A DNA stretch of 64,000 nt. It comes from Patescibacteria group bacterium (GTDB lineage Bacteria > Patescibacteriota > WWE3 > 2-01-FULL-39-13). A program made the position numbers and the translations under genes. Below the pieces are notes generated by a model. It had not been told where the DNA came from and searched no databases. It worked only from the letters and a program-made list of their open reading frames with translations. Shown here piece by piece: positions 47,185 to 56,640 of this stretch (position 1 is its first letter; every line of letters starts with the position of its first letter). Location of the stretch: assembly GCA_048499955.1 (NCBI GenBank), contig JASNYX010000001.1:66452-130451 (forward strand), in the 5' to 3' direction.

Positions 47185-50100
47185 ATGGGATCTGCCGGAA
47201 AAGATTCGCACATGATTATGTCCCGCCTGAAAGGTATTAAAATCACAAAAGAAACCCTGATAACTCATTGGCCGGAAATTGCTTTATTTATTATCGTTGC
47301 ATTTATTTGCCTTGTTAACTACAAGCCCGGTTACTGGTTTAGCGGTTGGGACACACTACATCCCGAATTCAATTATTCAATTTACTGGAACCGAATTACG
47401 AATAGCGTATGGCAGGAACACCAGGGTTTAGGTGCCGTTGCAACTCAGGCACATGCTTCTGAGATCCCCAGAGTTATGTTGTTATGGTTTTTTGACCTGT
47501 TTTTGCCCACGCATTTTGTAAGATGGATGTATTTTTTTGCAATGCTGATGATTGGCCCTTTAGGTATTTACTATCTTTGTCAGCATTTATTTCACCATAA
47601 AGACCATAAGAAAATTTATTCTTTTTTAGGCGGGTTGTTTTATCTGCTTAATTTGGGAACATTGCAGAATTTTTATGCCCCACTTGAAATGTTTGCGACG
47701 CTATATGGATTTATCGGATTTCTGTTTTTGTATACATTGAAGTTCCTCGATAGCGGCGAAAAGCGATTTGTGCTCATTTTTGCAGTGTTGTCGTTTTTTT
47801 CAGCACCAATGGCTCATACCCCGACCCTGTGGGTGGTCTATTTTATTCTGCTTACGGCTTTTGCCCTTTCTATTACTACTGTGCAGTTTAGTCGCTTTTC
47901 ATTTGCGTATTTTCGAAGGTGCGTAATTTTACTTGGCACCGCGTTTTTGATGAATTCTTTTTGGATTTTGCCGACTGCGTATTTTACGTTAACACACGCA
48001 AAAGACGTTTCTTCTGCAAAGATCACTCGATTCGTAAGCGAAGAGGGAATTCTAAACAATCTTGAGTATGCCAATATTGAAAATCTGGCGTTGCTAAAAG
48101 GCTACCTTTTTAACTGGAAAGTTCACAGGGGAGACGGGCAATTTACACCAATTTTTATAGATTGGGAAATGCATTTCTATCGATTAGGCAATTTCTACGT
48201 GCAACATTGGGGCTATTTGTTTTTCGGAATAATCGTAATCGGTATTATTTTTACGGCTATCAGAACACGTTATTACCGTGGGCTTACTTCTCTTGCTGTA
48301 GTTTTTCTTTTGAGCTTGTTCTTTTTATTAATGGAAAATTCGGTAATCGGATTTGCATATGTGTATTTGCGGAATAATTTCCCGATTATTAAAGAGGCGC
48401 TCAGATTTCCTTATACGAAATTTTCGATTCCCTTAATAATGACCTACGCTGTATTTTTTGCTTTTGGTGCTTATGCGATTTCTAAAATATTCGTAAAGGC
48501 GTATCCGAAGAACGTCAATATAAACAAGTACGTGGGAGTAATCTTTTCGTTTATGCTTGTTATATACTGTTGGCCTGCTTTCAATGGAAAGCTTTTTGGA
48601 GATATTCAACAAGTCAAAATTCCGGATTATTACTTTGAGGCATACGATTATTTAAACAAACATGAAAACAGTCGTATTGCTACATTGCCTTTGCACAGTA
48701 TGTATGGTTGGGTTTACTACGATTGGCAGGAAAACGACCGTATTAATGCGGATTATCAAGGCGCAGGGTTTGTATGGTTTTTATCTAAAAACCCGATCTT
48801 AGACCGTGAGTTTGATCGTTGGTATCCTACTAACGAAGACTTTTATAATGAGTTTCACTATGCTGTTTATTCCGGAAATACCGAATTGTTAAAATATATC
48901 TTTAATAAATATGATGTTAAATTTCTTATTTATGATACGAGTATTGATGTGCCGTGGAATAAAAATGCCCTATATTCTGAAGGCATTGAGAAACTATTTG
49001 CAGATAAATCTGTTTTTAGAGTAGACCAAACCTTTGGTTCTCTAAATATCTATAAGATTGCCGGAGCATTTACTAGCGATGGATCTGAACCAAGAGTAAG
49101 TAATTATTCTGAAACTCCCGAACAAATTAGATATGTAAGCGGGGCTTATAGCAATATAAACGTTGACTCTGAATTCTGGCAACATAAAGATAACTCTTTG
49201 GGCGGAATTTCGTCTTCATCAAGTTTTGCCTATTACACCTCGGACGAAGTTTCCAGCAAAGTTGTTGGTTCGATATTTAAAGATGATAATTATCTCGCAG
49301 ACTCTTTATCTACCGGTGAAATTCCACTTCTTAATTCTGATAACGACGGCTTTTTTCTATATCTACCTGACCTATCTGTAGAGGACTATATTCCGGCTGA
49401 AATAAACAACTCTGTCGATTCGTTCGGCAAGAATGTCAGCATCAAGTATTTATATCCCAAAATTTTGAAATCATCTGGTGAAGCTATCTTTAATCCACAG
49501 TACGAGACGAACTTGCCGCTAGAGCCTAATCAGTCGATGATAATCAATCGAAAAGCTATAGGATCGACCTCTCGTGTGGTTTTTCTAAACAGACTGGATA
49601 ATGAATCATTTGTTTATAACAGCGAGCCTTCAGTCGTTTATGATTTAAGCTCAAAGGTTTACTCTGCCCAAGTGCAGGATTGTTCAGGCGGGATTGGAAG
49701 TTTTGGTAAAGATTTCGGGAGGTATCCCGGCGGTGTGATTCTTAAAGCAGTCGATAAAAATTTGTGTTTAGATTTCGATGAAGAAATTGTTAACCAATCT
49801 CCGGTTGTTTATAAAGTGTCTTTTGAATATACAGCCGAAAATGGAGCCAGGCCGTTGTATTGTTTGACCGAGGGTTCTCTTGATACGTGTCTTAACTATA
49901 AATATGAGGACGCCCCAAAAGTAAACTCCAAGCTTAATTTCTCGAAATATGAAGATTTTGTAATCGTTCGGGACTCAAAATCTTTAAAGTTCACGCTCAT
50001 TTTAGAAACAGATGATAAAAGCAAAGAGTTAAAATCCGAATTCATTAATTTGAAAATCGAAGCATACGAAGGTCTATATGAGAGCAGATTTGGGCTTGAC

Positions 50101-51120
50101 CGTGAAGTTATACCTCAGAAAGAAAGTGTGATTGTAAAAAAGGAAGATTTCCCGTTAAAGATCATGCTTCCGGAACAGGATACACAAGGTGTTTTACAGG
50201 AAATATATTTCCCTACCTCAGGATATTTTAATCCTGTAATAAAGAACTGTGATTCTTATAATCAGGTTGCTTTTAATCGAACCTTGGAAGCTGATAACAC
50301 CGGAGATTACTATCGCTACTATGCTAAAGACGCAATCGCCTGTGATGATATCGATACGAGAAGCATCCAAACAGGTTTAAGCTACCTCTTAACTTTCAAA
50401 ACTAAAAATATCTCAGGAAAAGGACTGGATATTTGTCTATCATCAAATAATATTCCGAAATGTCTTATCGAAGAGAGGCTTGACGGTAAAGATGGTGCTT
50501 CATTGGTATTGCCACCATATCCCGATGCCAGAAGAGTAAAAGTAGGTGTCGGAAACCATTCAATAGGTGAAGTCGATACCGAAAATTTATTTTATTCTCT
50601 AAACGTTAGATATATTCCATATAACTGGCTAAAAGGAATTGCACTAGAATCTGTTGAAGAAGAAAAATATAAAGGTAATCCTATAGCGATTAGCTCGTCG
50701 AATAAAATAAACTCTTTTATTTATTCCGTGGAGGTCGCTCCCAATCAAAATATAGTGACCCAGAGTTCCCAGAATGGGTTGTTGGTTTTGAACCAATCGT
50801 TTGATAAGGGGTGGACTATTTACAGGGCTTCTAGTTGTCCTATGGGTATATATACGCCCTTTACCTGTCAACCGGTCGGATATGAGCATGTCTTGGTGAA
50901 GAATTGGGCTAATGGTTGGATGGTACCCACAGAAGAAGGCCGTTACTATATAGTCTTTTGGCCACAATATTTACAATTTGTCGGGTATTTACTGATATTA
51001 CTATATGCGATCGGGTTGTATTTATATTGGGTTTTACCTACCTTTTTTGGAATTAATCAGCTAAAAAAGCCTGTTGGTGAATTAGGGATATTCCAACGTT
51101 TACGAGGATATCTGCGTTGA
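47185..51120 (+). CDS. Giant (1311-aa) polytopic membrane protein with an N-terminal multi-TM domain, a roughly 750-aa extracytoplasmic region and C-terminal TM segments (GT-C/AftD/YfhO-like)
   Basis: The call rests on hydropathy architecture and on adjacency, 9 nt downstream of the GT39-like gene. Confidence 0.4.
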   Translation: MGSAGKDSHMIMSRLKGIKITKETLITHWPEIALFIIVAFICLVNYKPGYWFSGWDTLHPEFNYSIYWNRITNSVWQEHQGLGAVATQAHASEIPRVMLLWFFDLFLPTHFVRWMYFFAMLMIGPLGIYYLCQHLFHHKDHKKIYSFLGGLFYLLNLGTLQNFYAPLEMFATLYGFIGFLFLYTLKFLDSGEKRFVLIFAVLSFFSAPMAHTPTLWVVYFILLTAFALSITTVQFSRFSFAYFRRCVILLGTAFLMNSFWILPTAYFTLTHAKDVSSAKITRFVSEEGILNNLEYANIENLALLKGYLFNWKVHRGDGQFTPIFIDWEMHFYRLGNFYVQHWGYLFFGIIVIGIIFTAIRTRYYRGLTSLAVVFLLSLFFLLMENSVIGFAYVYLRNNFPIIKEALRFPYTKFSIPLIMTYAVFFAFGAYAISKIFVKAYPKNVNINKYVGVIFSFMLVIYCWPAFNGKLFGDIQQVKIPDYYFEAYDYLNKHENSRIATLPLHSMYGWVYYDWQENDRINADYQGAGFVWFLSKNPILDREFDRWYPTNEDFYNEFHYAVYSGNTELLKYIFNKYDVKFLIYDTSIDVPWNKNALYSEGIEKLFADKSVFRVDQTFGSLNIYKIAGAFTSDGSEPRVSNYSETPEQIRYVSGAYSNINVDSEFWQHKDNSLGGISSSSSFAYYTSDEVSSKVVGSIFKDDNYLADSLSTGEIPLLNSDNDGFFLYLPDLSVEDYIPAEINNSVDSFGKNVSIKYLYPKILKSSGEAIFNPQYETNLPLEPNQSMIINRKAIGSTSRVVFLNRLDNESFVYNSEPSVVYDLSSKVYSAQVQDCSGGIGSFGKDFGRYPGGVILKAVDKNLCLDFDEEIVNQSPVVYKVSFEYTAENGARPLYCLTEGSLDTCLNYKYEDAPKVNSKLNFSKYEDFVIVRDSKSLKFTLILETDDKSKELKSEFINLKIEAYEGLYESRFGLDREVIPQKESVIVKKEDFPLKIMLPEQDTQGVLQEIYFPTSGYFNPVIKNCDSYNQVAFNRTLEADNTGDYYRYYAKDAIACDDIDTRSIQTGLSYLLTFKTKNISGKGLDICLSSNNIPKCLIEERLDGKDGASLVLPPYPDARRVKVGVGNHSIGEVDTENLFYSLNVRYIPYNWLKGIALESVEEEKYKGNPIAISSSNKINSFIYSVEVAPNQNIVTQSSQNGLLVLNQSFDKGWTIYRASSCPMGIYTPFTCQPVGYEHVLVKNWANGWMVPTEEGRYYIVFWPQYLQFVGYLLILLYAIGLYLYWVLPTFFGINQLKKPVGELGIFQRLRGYLR

Positions 51121-51349
51121 CAGAGTATCCTATAGGATGTATAATGCGCCCATGAATTATTGCCTATAGGGCGTTATTCAGGCTTGATAGCAAGCCAGTT
51201 TAATTACTATAATTAAGCCCAATAGGGTTGATTATAATTAGTTTGAGCATAAGGCATTGAAGTATCTGCGTATTGACTGCTTTTGGAAGCATTTCGATAC
51301 GAACCTGCCTTCAAACCGCTCAATATCCCCTGCCAAAGAAAGTGTATTT

Positions 51350-52033
51350 ATGAACAAAAACATAACTGCTAGCTTAGCCGTTTTTGTTGCCATAGCTACT
51401 ACAATGCTTTTTGCCCAAAATGCGAGAGCAGAGAAGTGCGTAACCCAGTATGGGGGTGGCAAAATTTGTGTAAGCGAAGACGCCAAACTTAAAGTAGAGA
51501 AAAGCGTCTGGAATCCTGAAAAGAAAGATTGGCAGGATCATATTGGCTCCAAGGAGCACAAATTTGATGCCAACAATAAAATTAAGTTCAGGATCAGAGT
51601 TAAGAACACTGGTGATGTCGAGATAAAAGACATTAACCTGGAAGATCATCTTCCTTCTTTTGTGAAATACAAAGATGGAGATGGCGAGGGTAAAAAAGAT
51701 GATACCCGAGTGGAATTTGATAAATTCGATCTTAAACCCGGCGAAAGCAAGGAATTCGAATTTACAGCAAAAGTTGCTGACGATGGAATCCTTCCTAAGG
51801 ATGACAATATTTGTCTGACTAATGTTGCTAAAGCTGAAGGAAAAAGAGCTGATAACGACAAAAAGGAAGATGCTATTGATTACGCAAACTTTTGTATCGA
51901 ACTGCCTAAAGTAAAAGGCAAGGAAGCCCCTAAAGCACTTCCTAAAACCGGTATAGATCTTATACCTGGAGCTTTAGCTATGGGATTGGTCTTTGTTGGT
52001 TTTGGTTTGAGAAAACTCACTAAGAGAGCTTAA
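51350..52033 (+). CDS. LPKTG-anchored cell-surface protein with a DUF11/CARDB-like beta domain
   Basis: Signal peptide MNKNITASLAVFVAIATTMLFAQNARA. C-terminal LPKTG, then a hydrophobic segment, then an RKLTKRA tail. The ORF track extends to 51257. Confidence 0.6.
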   Translation: MNKNITASLAVFVAIATTMLFAQNARAEKCVTQYGGGKICVSEDAKLKVEKSVWNPEKKDWQDHIGSKEHKFDANNKIKFRIRVKNTGDVEIKDINLEDHLPSFVKYKDGDGEGKKDDTRVEFDKFDLKPGESKEFEFTAKVADDGILPKDDNICLTNVAKAEGKRADNDKKEDAIDYANFCIELPKVKGKEAPKALPKTGIDLIPGALAMGLVFVGFGLRKLTKRA

Positions 52034-52095
52034 GCCTGCTGGCGGAGATTAAACTCCTTTAGTGACCCGATACAAAGGGTCGTAGCGAACTTGAA

Positions 52096-52130
52096 GAGCC
52101 CCGATGAAAATCGGGGCTTTTTAGTTTTTA
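52096..52130 (+). terminator. Intrinsic terminator
   Basis: gccccga-tgaaaa-tcggggc followed by a T-run. Confidence 0.6.
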
Positions 52131-52206
52131 TTAATCATCCTATCTAATAACGTTAATAGGGCTTTAACCTAATTGAATTTGCGATTTTAATACTAGATGC
52201 TAGGAT

Positions 52207-52548
52207 GTGTTTATGGTTTTGGATTCATCCGACATAACGAAAATAAAAGAGGCTTTATTACCGGAAATTAAAACGCTTATGGATCGAATGCTGGATGTAA
52301 AAATGGATGCAAAGTTTGAAAAATTTGAGCGGAGATTTAACATGAAATTCGAAAAACTTGAACGCAGATTTAACATAAAGTTTAAAGAACAGCAGGAATT
52401 TCAGGATCGAACTTATCGTAATATTATTGAGGAAGTTTATCAACTACACCCAACCAGAGCGGATCTATATGAAGTTAGAACCAGGGTTGAAGATTTAGAA
52501 AGCAGAATTGATGATTTAGAGCGGAAGTCGCGTGTAGGTCATAAATGA
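52207..52548 (+). CDS. Small coiled-coil protein with an internal 12-aa tandem repeat
   Basis: KFEKFERRFNMKFEKLERRFNIKF is encoded by two 36-nt repeats. Confidence 0.3.
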   Translation: MFMVLDSSDITKIKEALLPEIKTLMDRMLDVKMDAKFEKFERRFNMKFEKLERRFNIKFKEQQEFQDRTYRNIIEEVYQLHPTRADLYEVRTRVEDLESRIDDLERKSRVGHK

Positions 52549-52550
52549 TC

Positions 52551-53336
52551 TCAATTTAGAAAGATTTTCACATATCTCCATCTTGAATACTGATCTTGAT
52601 GAAACTCGGTTTCATACAGTGGAAAATTTTTAATTAATGCTTCGATTTTTTCTTTTTGTCCCCATCCGAATTCCATGTATATGAGCCCTGTTTTTGGGGT
52701 TAGATAGTTATGAGCCTCTGTAAGGAACTCTGAAATGATTTCTGTTCCGTTTATTCCCGAAAAGATTGCTTCAGATGGTTCATGCTCGATTTCTTTGCCT
52801 ACTTTTTCCTGATGGCCGACATAGGGGGGATTGGCAAAAATATAATCATATTGTGAAATCGGTATATTCTTAAAGACATCACTTTGAAAAACATGGTATC
52901 TGTTGGTAGCGATTTGGTTTAGTTCCAGATTTAGCTTAGTTTGTTTAACAGCATTATCGTAGTAATCGGAAAAATCCATAGTCAGCTTTGGGTTATTCGC
53001 CATGATTGCGATGCCAATGCAACCTGAACCGCAAAATATATCCAGGCATTTTAATTTATTGGTTTGGGGAATAGTTTGAAGTGCTTTTTCAACCCAATGT
53101 TCTGTTTCGGTTCTTGGGATTAACGGCTTATATCTAAGGTCGATATTTATGTTTAAGAAAGGTTTGTTTCCGATTAGGTAATCAACGGGATAGTAGTTTT
53201 GAAGTTGCTCGATGTCTTTGTTTAATCCGGGAATTTCGTGTCGCTTTTGAGGCTCATTGATAAGTTCTTCAAGTCTGGTTCCTGAAACTTTATATTTTTC
53301 CTTTAATAGAAATCTTAGCTCGTTATCGATGTTCAT
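52551..53336 (-). CDS. prmC: HemK/PrmC-family N5-glutamine methyltransferase
   Basis: SAM-binding DIFCGSGCIG and the FANPPY (NPPY) motif. Confidence 0.6.
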   Translation of the reverse strand: MNIDNELRFLLKEKYKVSGTRLEELINEPQKRHEIPGLNKDIEQLQNYYPVDYLIGNKPFLNINIDLRYKPLIPRTETEHWVEKALQTIPQTNKLKCLDIFCGSGCIGIAIMANNPKLTMDFSDYYDNAVKQTKLNLELNQIATNRYHVFQSDVFKNIPISQYDYIFANPPYVGHQEKVGKEIEHEPSEAIFSGINGTEIISEFLTEAHNYLTPKTGLIYMEFGWGQKEKIEALIKNFPLYETEFHQDQYSRWRYVKIFLN

Positions 53337-53605
53337 TCTGGTAATATGCTCTAGAACTCATCTAAAACCTTTCCAAAGTTCGAAACGGTTTCGGCGGATG
53401 TCGTTATCCTCTCGATACTTTTCCGCGCCTCAAGCTCACTTTGGAAAGCTTTTTAGATCCGCTGTAATCATGAGGATTCTCTAGGTTTTTAGATAGATTC
53501 TAGTAATTAATTTTAGTATATTATATGGATGCTTCATTCAAATGAATATAAGCAGGTAGTTGATGTGTATTTTTAAAAACATCCTAACCGAATTTCAAAC
53601 CTGTT

Positions 53606-54589
53606 ATGAATTATTTTATTAAAACGACTCTATTTGTATTACTATTTTTGTTTATCGTCACTTTTTTTGTCGCCGCAGGGGCAATGTGGTTTTATGATCG
53701 CCAAATAAATAAGGAATACTCAATATCCGAAAAGGAATTGAAGCTTACAATAAAAACCGGTTCAAGTGTCGGCGAAATCGCTGAATATCTAAAAGAAAAT
53801 AATCTTATCGATTATCCATTAATTTTGAAAGTATATCTTTTTTTGAATCCGACAAAAACAATCCAGGCCGGTTACTACGAAATTCCTGAAGGAAAAGTGA
53901 ATCTGTCCCAGTTGGTTGATACTTTTCAGAATGGGAGCTTTAAACGTAGGCTAACTTTTATCGAAGGTTGGAGAACTGAAGAATATATCGACTATTTGAA
54001 AGAAGAGATAGGCGAAGAATTCGCTGATCGATTTGCCGCCTCAAAAGATGTCAAAGAAGGTTATCTCTTTCCGGATACCTACATTATCGAAATGGATTAT
54101 AAGCCTGAAAATCTGGCGAATTGGATGAGGAAAAATTATGAGACTAAAGCATCTTCAGGTGAGTGGGAAAAACGAGCACTTGAAAGAGGCTTACAAATGG
54201 ATGAGGTTCTTATTCTTGCGTCAATTGTTGAACGAGAAATGCATTTTTCATCTGAACGCCCGAAAATTGCCGGAATATTATTAAAGCGTTGGCAAAATGC
54301 CTGGCCGATTCAAGCAGATGCAACTGTTCAATATGCAAAAGCCGGAAACGGAAATTGGTGGCCACGAGTGACTAGAGATGACTTGCGGTCGATTAATTCT
54401 CCTTATAATACGTATTTGAATAAAGGGTTGCCTCCCGGGCCGATTTGTAACCCAAGCAAGGATTCTATTGAAGCAGTTTTAGATTACGTTGAAACTCCAT
54501 ATTGGTTCTATATCTCAGGGAAAGACGGCAAGACTTACTATGCGGAAACCCTAGAACAGCATAACCAAAATGTTGCTAAATATCTTTAG
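53606..54589 (+). CDS. mltG: Endolytic murein transglycosylase MltG (YceG-like)
   Basis: N-terminal TM segment, the YceG motif ASIVEREM, and LPPGPICNPS. Confidence 0.8.
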   Translation: MNYFIKTTLFVLLFLFIVTFFVAAGAMWFYDRQINKEYSISEKELKLTIKTGSSVGEIAEYLKENNLIDYPLILKVYLFLNPTKTIQAGYYEIPEGKVNLSQLVDTFQNGSFKRRLTFIEGWRTEEYIDYLKEEIGEEFADRFAASKDVKEGYLFPDTYIIEMDYKPENLANWMRKNYETKASSGEWEKRALERGLQMDEVLILASIVEREMHFSSERPKIAGILLKRWQNAWPIQADATVQYAKAGNGNWWPRVTRDDLRSINSPYNTYLNKGLPPGPICNPSKDSIEAVLDYVETPYWFYISGKDGKTYYAETLEQHNQNVAKYL

Positions 54590-54751
54590 ACTTATTGGAA
54601 ATCCGTCCGGCAAAATATAATGACCTAATGCCTTATTTTTCTTTGATTCCTCCTGCATGTAAAAAACTGTTTACGTTTTTATCTAGCTAAATTACGTACC
54701 TGTTCACCAATTTTTTCGTGTTATGAAATGCCGGGTAGATATTATTCGTTT

Positions 54752-56254
54752 ATGGTATTTAGCAAGATTAAATCCATAATTATTGATCCACCGTTGTATC
54801 GTCTTGTTGAGGTTGAGGTGCTAATAGACGAACGGGGTTTTCCCGGATTTTATATTATTGGTTTAGCATCAAAAGAAGTTAGTGAGGCAAAAGAACGCGT
54901 CAAGTCGGCAATAAAGAATTGCGGGCTAAAGTTTCCCAATAAGAAGATAGTCGTAAATCTTTCTCCTGCAGATTTACCGAAAAAGGGATCTTCATATGAT
55001 TTACCAATCGCTCTTGGGATATTAAAAGCCTCCGGCCAATTAACATGTGAAACCTCGAACATTTTGGCTATTGGAGAATTGTCTTTAGACTCGCATATAC
55101 GAGCGGTTAAAGAAGTTTTCCTTTCAGGTCGAATGTGTTTGGAACAAGATTTTAGATTATTAATACCTAAAGAGTCTGTTTCGGTCCTGAGATTTTTCAA
55201 AGGATTGCAATTTATAGGTGCGGAAAAATTATCGGAAATGGTTTGGAGTCTAAATAGGAATGATTTTACCCACATGGGTCAGTCTGAGCTTACTCTACAG
55301 CAGGGTTATACAGATCAATATACGCAAATTCAAGGTCAGTTTTTTGCCAAGCGTGGTCTTCAGATTGCTGCTTCAGGAGGGCACCACATTTATCTGATGG
55401 GCCCAACGGGTGTCGGGAAAAGTATTTTGAGCCGTGCCTTGCATGGTTTGCTTCCCAAAATGTCTATCCCTGAGCTATTAGAGGTGAATGCGGTGCATTC
55501 TAGTATTGGCTCGCTAACCATAGAAAGACCTTTTCGAGAGCCTGTTTTACAGAATATAGATACGGGAGTGGCAAGTAATAAACTCTTAAAAGAGATGATA
55601 TTAGCTAACTTAGGCATTTTATTTTTAGATGAATGCCTCGAATGCAAGAAGTCTATTTTAGAGATGTTAAAGATCTATTTGGAGAAGGGGCGAATCAGTA
55701 GAAGCTTGCATGGAAAAGAAACCGAACTGTTGTGTAAGTTTATTCTGGTTTTAGCCAGCAATGCATGCCCATGCGGTAATTTGGGAGAACCTAAAAAAAT
55801 CTGTTATTGCAGTGAAACTCAGATTATGGCCTACAGAGGAAAACTGAGTCAGTCGATGCTAGATCGAATTGATTTACAAGTTATATGCTCACCAAGTTCT
55901 GAAGACCAGAATATAGACGAGAGTAGTAGCGATACCTACGACGAGGTTGTGTTTAAGGTGGAACGAGCATACCAAACCCAACTGAAGCGATATAAAGATG
56001 ATGCACGTCTGAATCTGAATTCTCAGCTTGATTATCAAAATATAAGAAAATATATAACTTTGGATAATCAGGCAGAAGAAATGCTGAGTAAAATAAGAAT
56101 TAATTACAGGTTAAATCAGAGGTCTACTCACAAAATTCTTAAAATAGGGAGGACTATCGCGGATCTGGGAAATTCCGAATTCATTAAAACGCATCATTTA
56201 TCTGAGGCGATAAGGTATAGGTTTAATTGGACTGGATCCAGAGAACCAGAATGA
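54752..56254 (+). CDS. comM: ComM/YifB-family AAA+ ATPase (Mg-chelatase-like)
   Basis: Lon-like N-domain DLPIALGILKASGQL, Walker A GPTGVGKS, and a C-terminal MCM-like domain. The ORF track start is at 54728. Confidence 0.8.
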   Translation: MVFSKIKSIIIDPPLYRLVEVEVLIDERGFPGFYIIGLASKEVSEAKERVKSAIKNCGLKFPNKKIVVNLSPADLPKKGSSYDLPIALGILKASGQLTCETSNILAIGELSLDSHIRAVKEVFLSGRMCLEQDFRLLIPKESVSVLRFFKGLQFIGAEKLSEMVWSLNRNDFTHMGQSELTLQQGYTDQYTQIQGQFFAKRGLQIAASGGHHIYLMGPTGVGKSILSRALHGLLPKMSIPELLEVNAVHSSIGSLTIERPFREPVLQNIDTGVASNKLLKEMILANLGILFLDECLECKKSILEMLKIYLEKGRISRSLHGKETELLCKFILVLASNACPCGNLGEPKKICYCSETQIMAYRGKLSQSMLDRIDLQVICSPSSEDQNIDESSSDTYDEVVFKVERAYQTQLKRYKDDARLNLNSQLDYQNIRKYITLDNQAEEMLSKIRINYRLNQRSTHKILKIGRTIADLGNSEFIKTHHLSEAIRYRFNWTGSREPE

Positions 56255-56546
56255 TAGAAAATGCGATTGAGCTCAAGATAAGTGTTTTGAAAATGTCTTT
56301 TTTTAGATATACATCATTCGCCAACTGCAGAATTGATGCGCTCTTATGTGCGTCTTTGTGCTCGATGGGCTGATTACTAATGGCTGTCTTGGGTTTTACC
56401 GGGGAGTCCTGAATTGGGCTTATGTTTGTAGAACTAATTTGTGAACGTTTTGGTTCGTTATCTCTATTTTCTATTTTGATTTGAGCCTTTAATGCTTCAA
56501 GTTGTCGCCTAAGTTCGCGGGTTTTCTTGTTTTTACGATTTGCCAT
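56223..56546 (-). CDS. Small basic protein with a C-terminal TM segment
   Basis: ORF only. The call is weak. Confidence 0.25.
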   Translation of the reverse strand: MANRKNKKTRELRRQLEALKAQIKIENRDNEPKRSQISSTNISPIQDSPVKPKTAISNQPIEHKDAHKSASILQLANDVYLKKDIFKTLILSSIAFSIILVLWIQSN

Positions 56547-56640
56547 ATATGGGGATTATACATTTTTCAATGAAGGAATCCACTGTAATTACTTCGTCAT
56601 TGCGGAGTTTTTTAACATCCTTTGACTAGCTAGCCTACTA

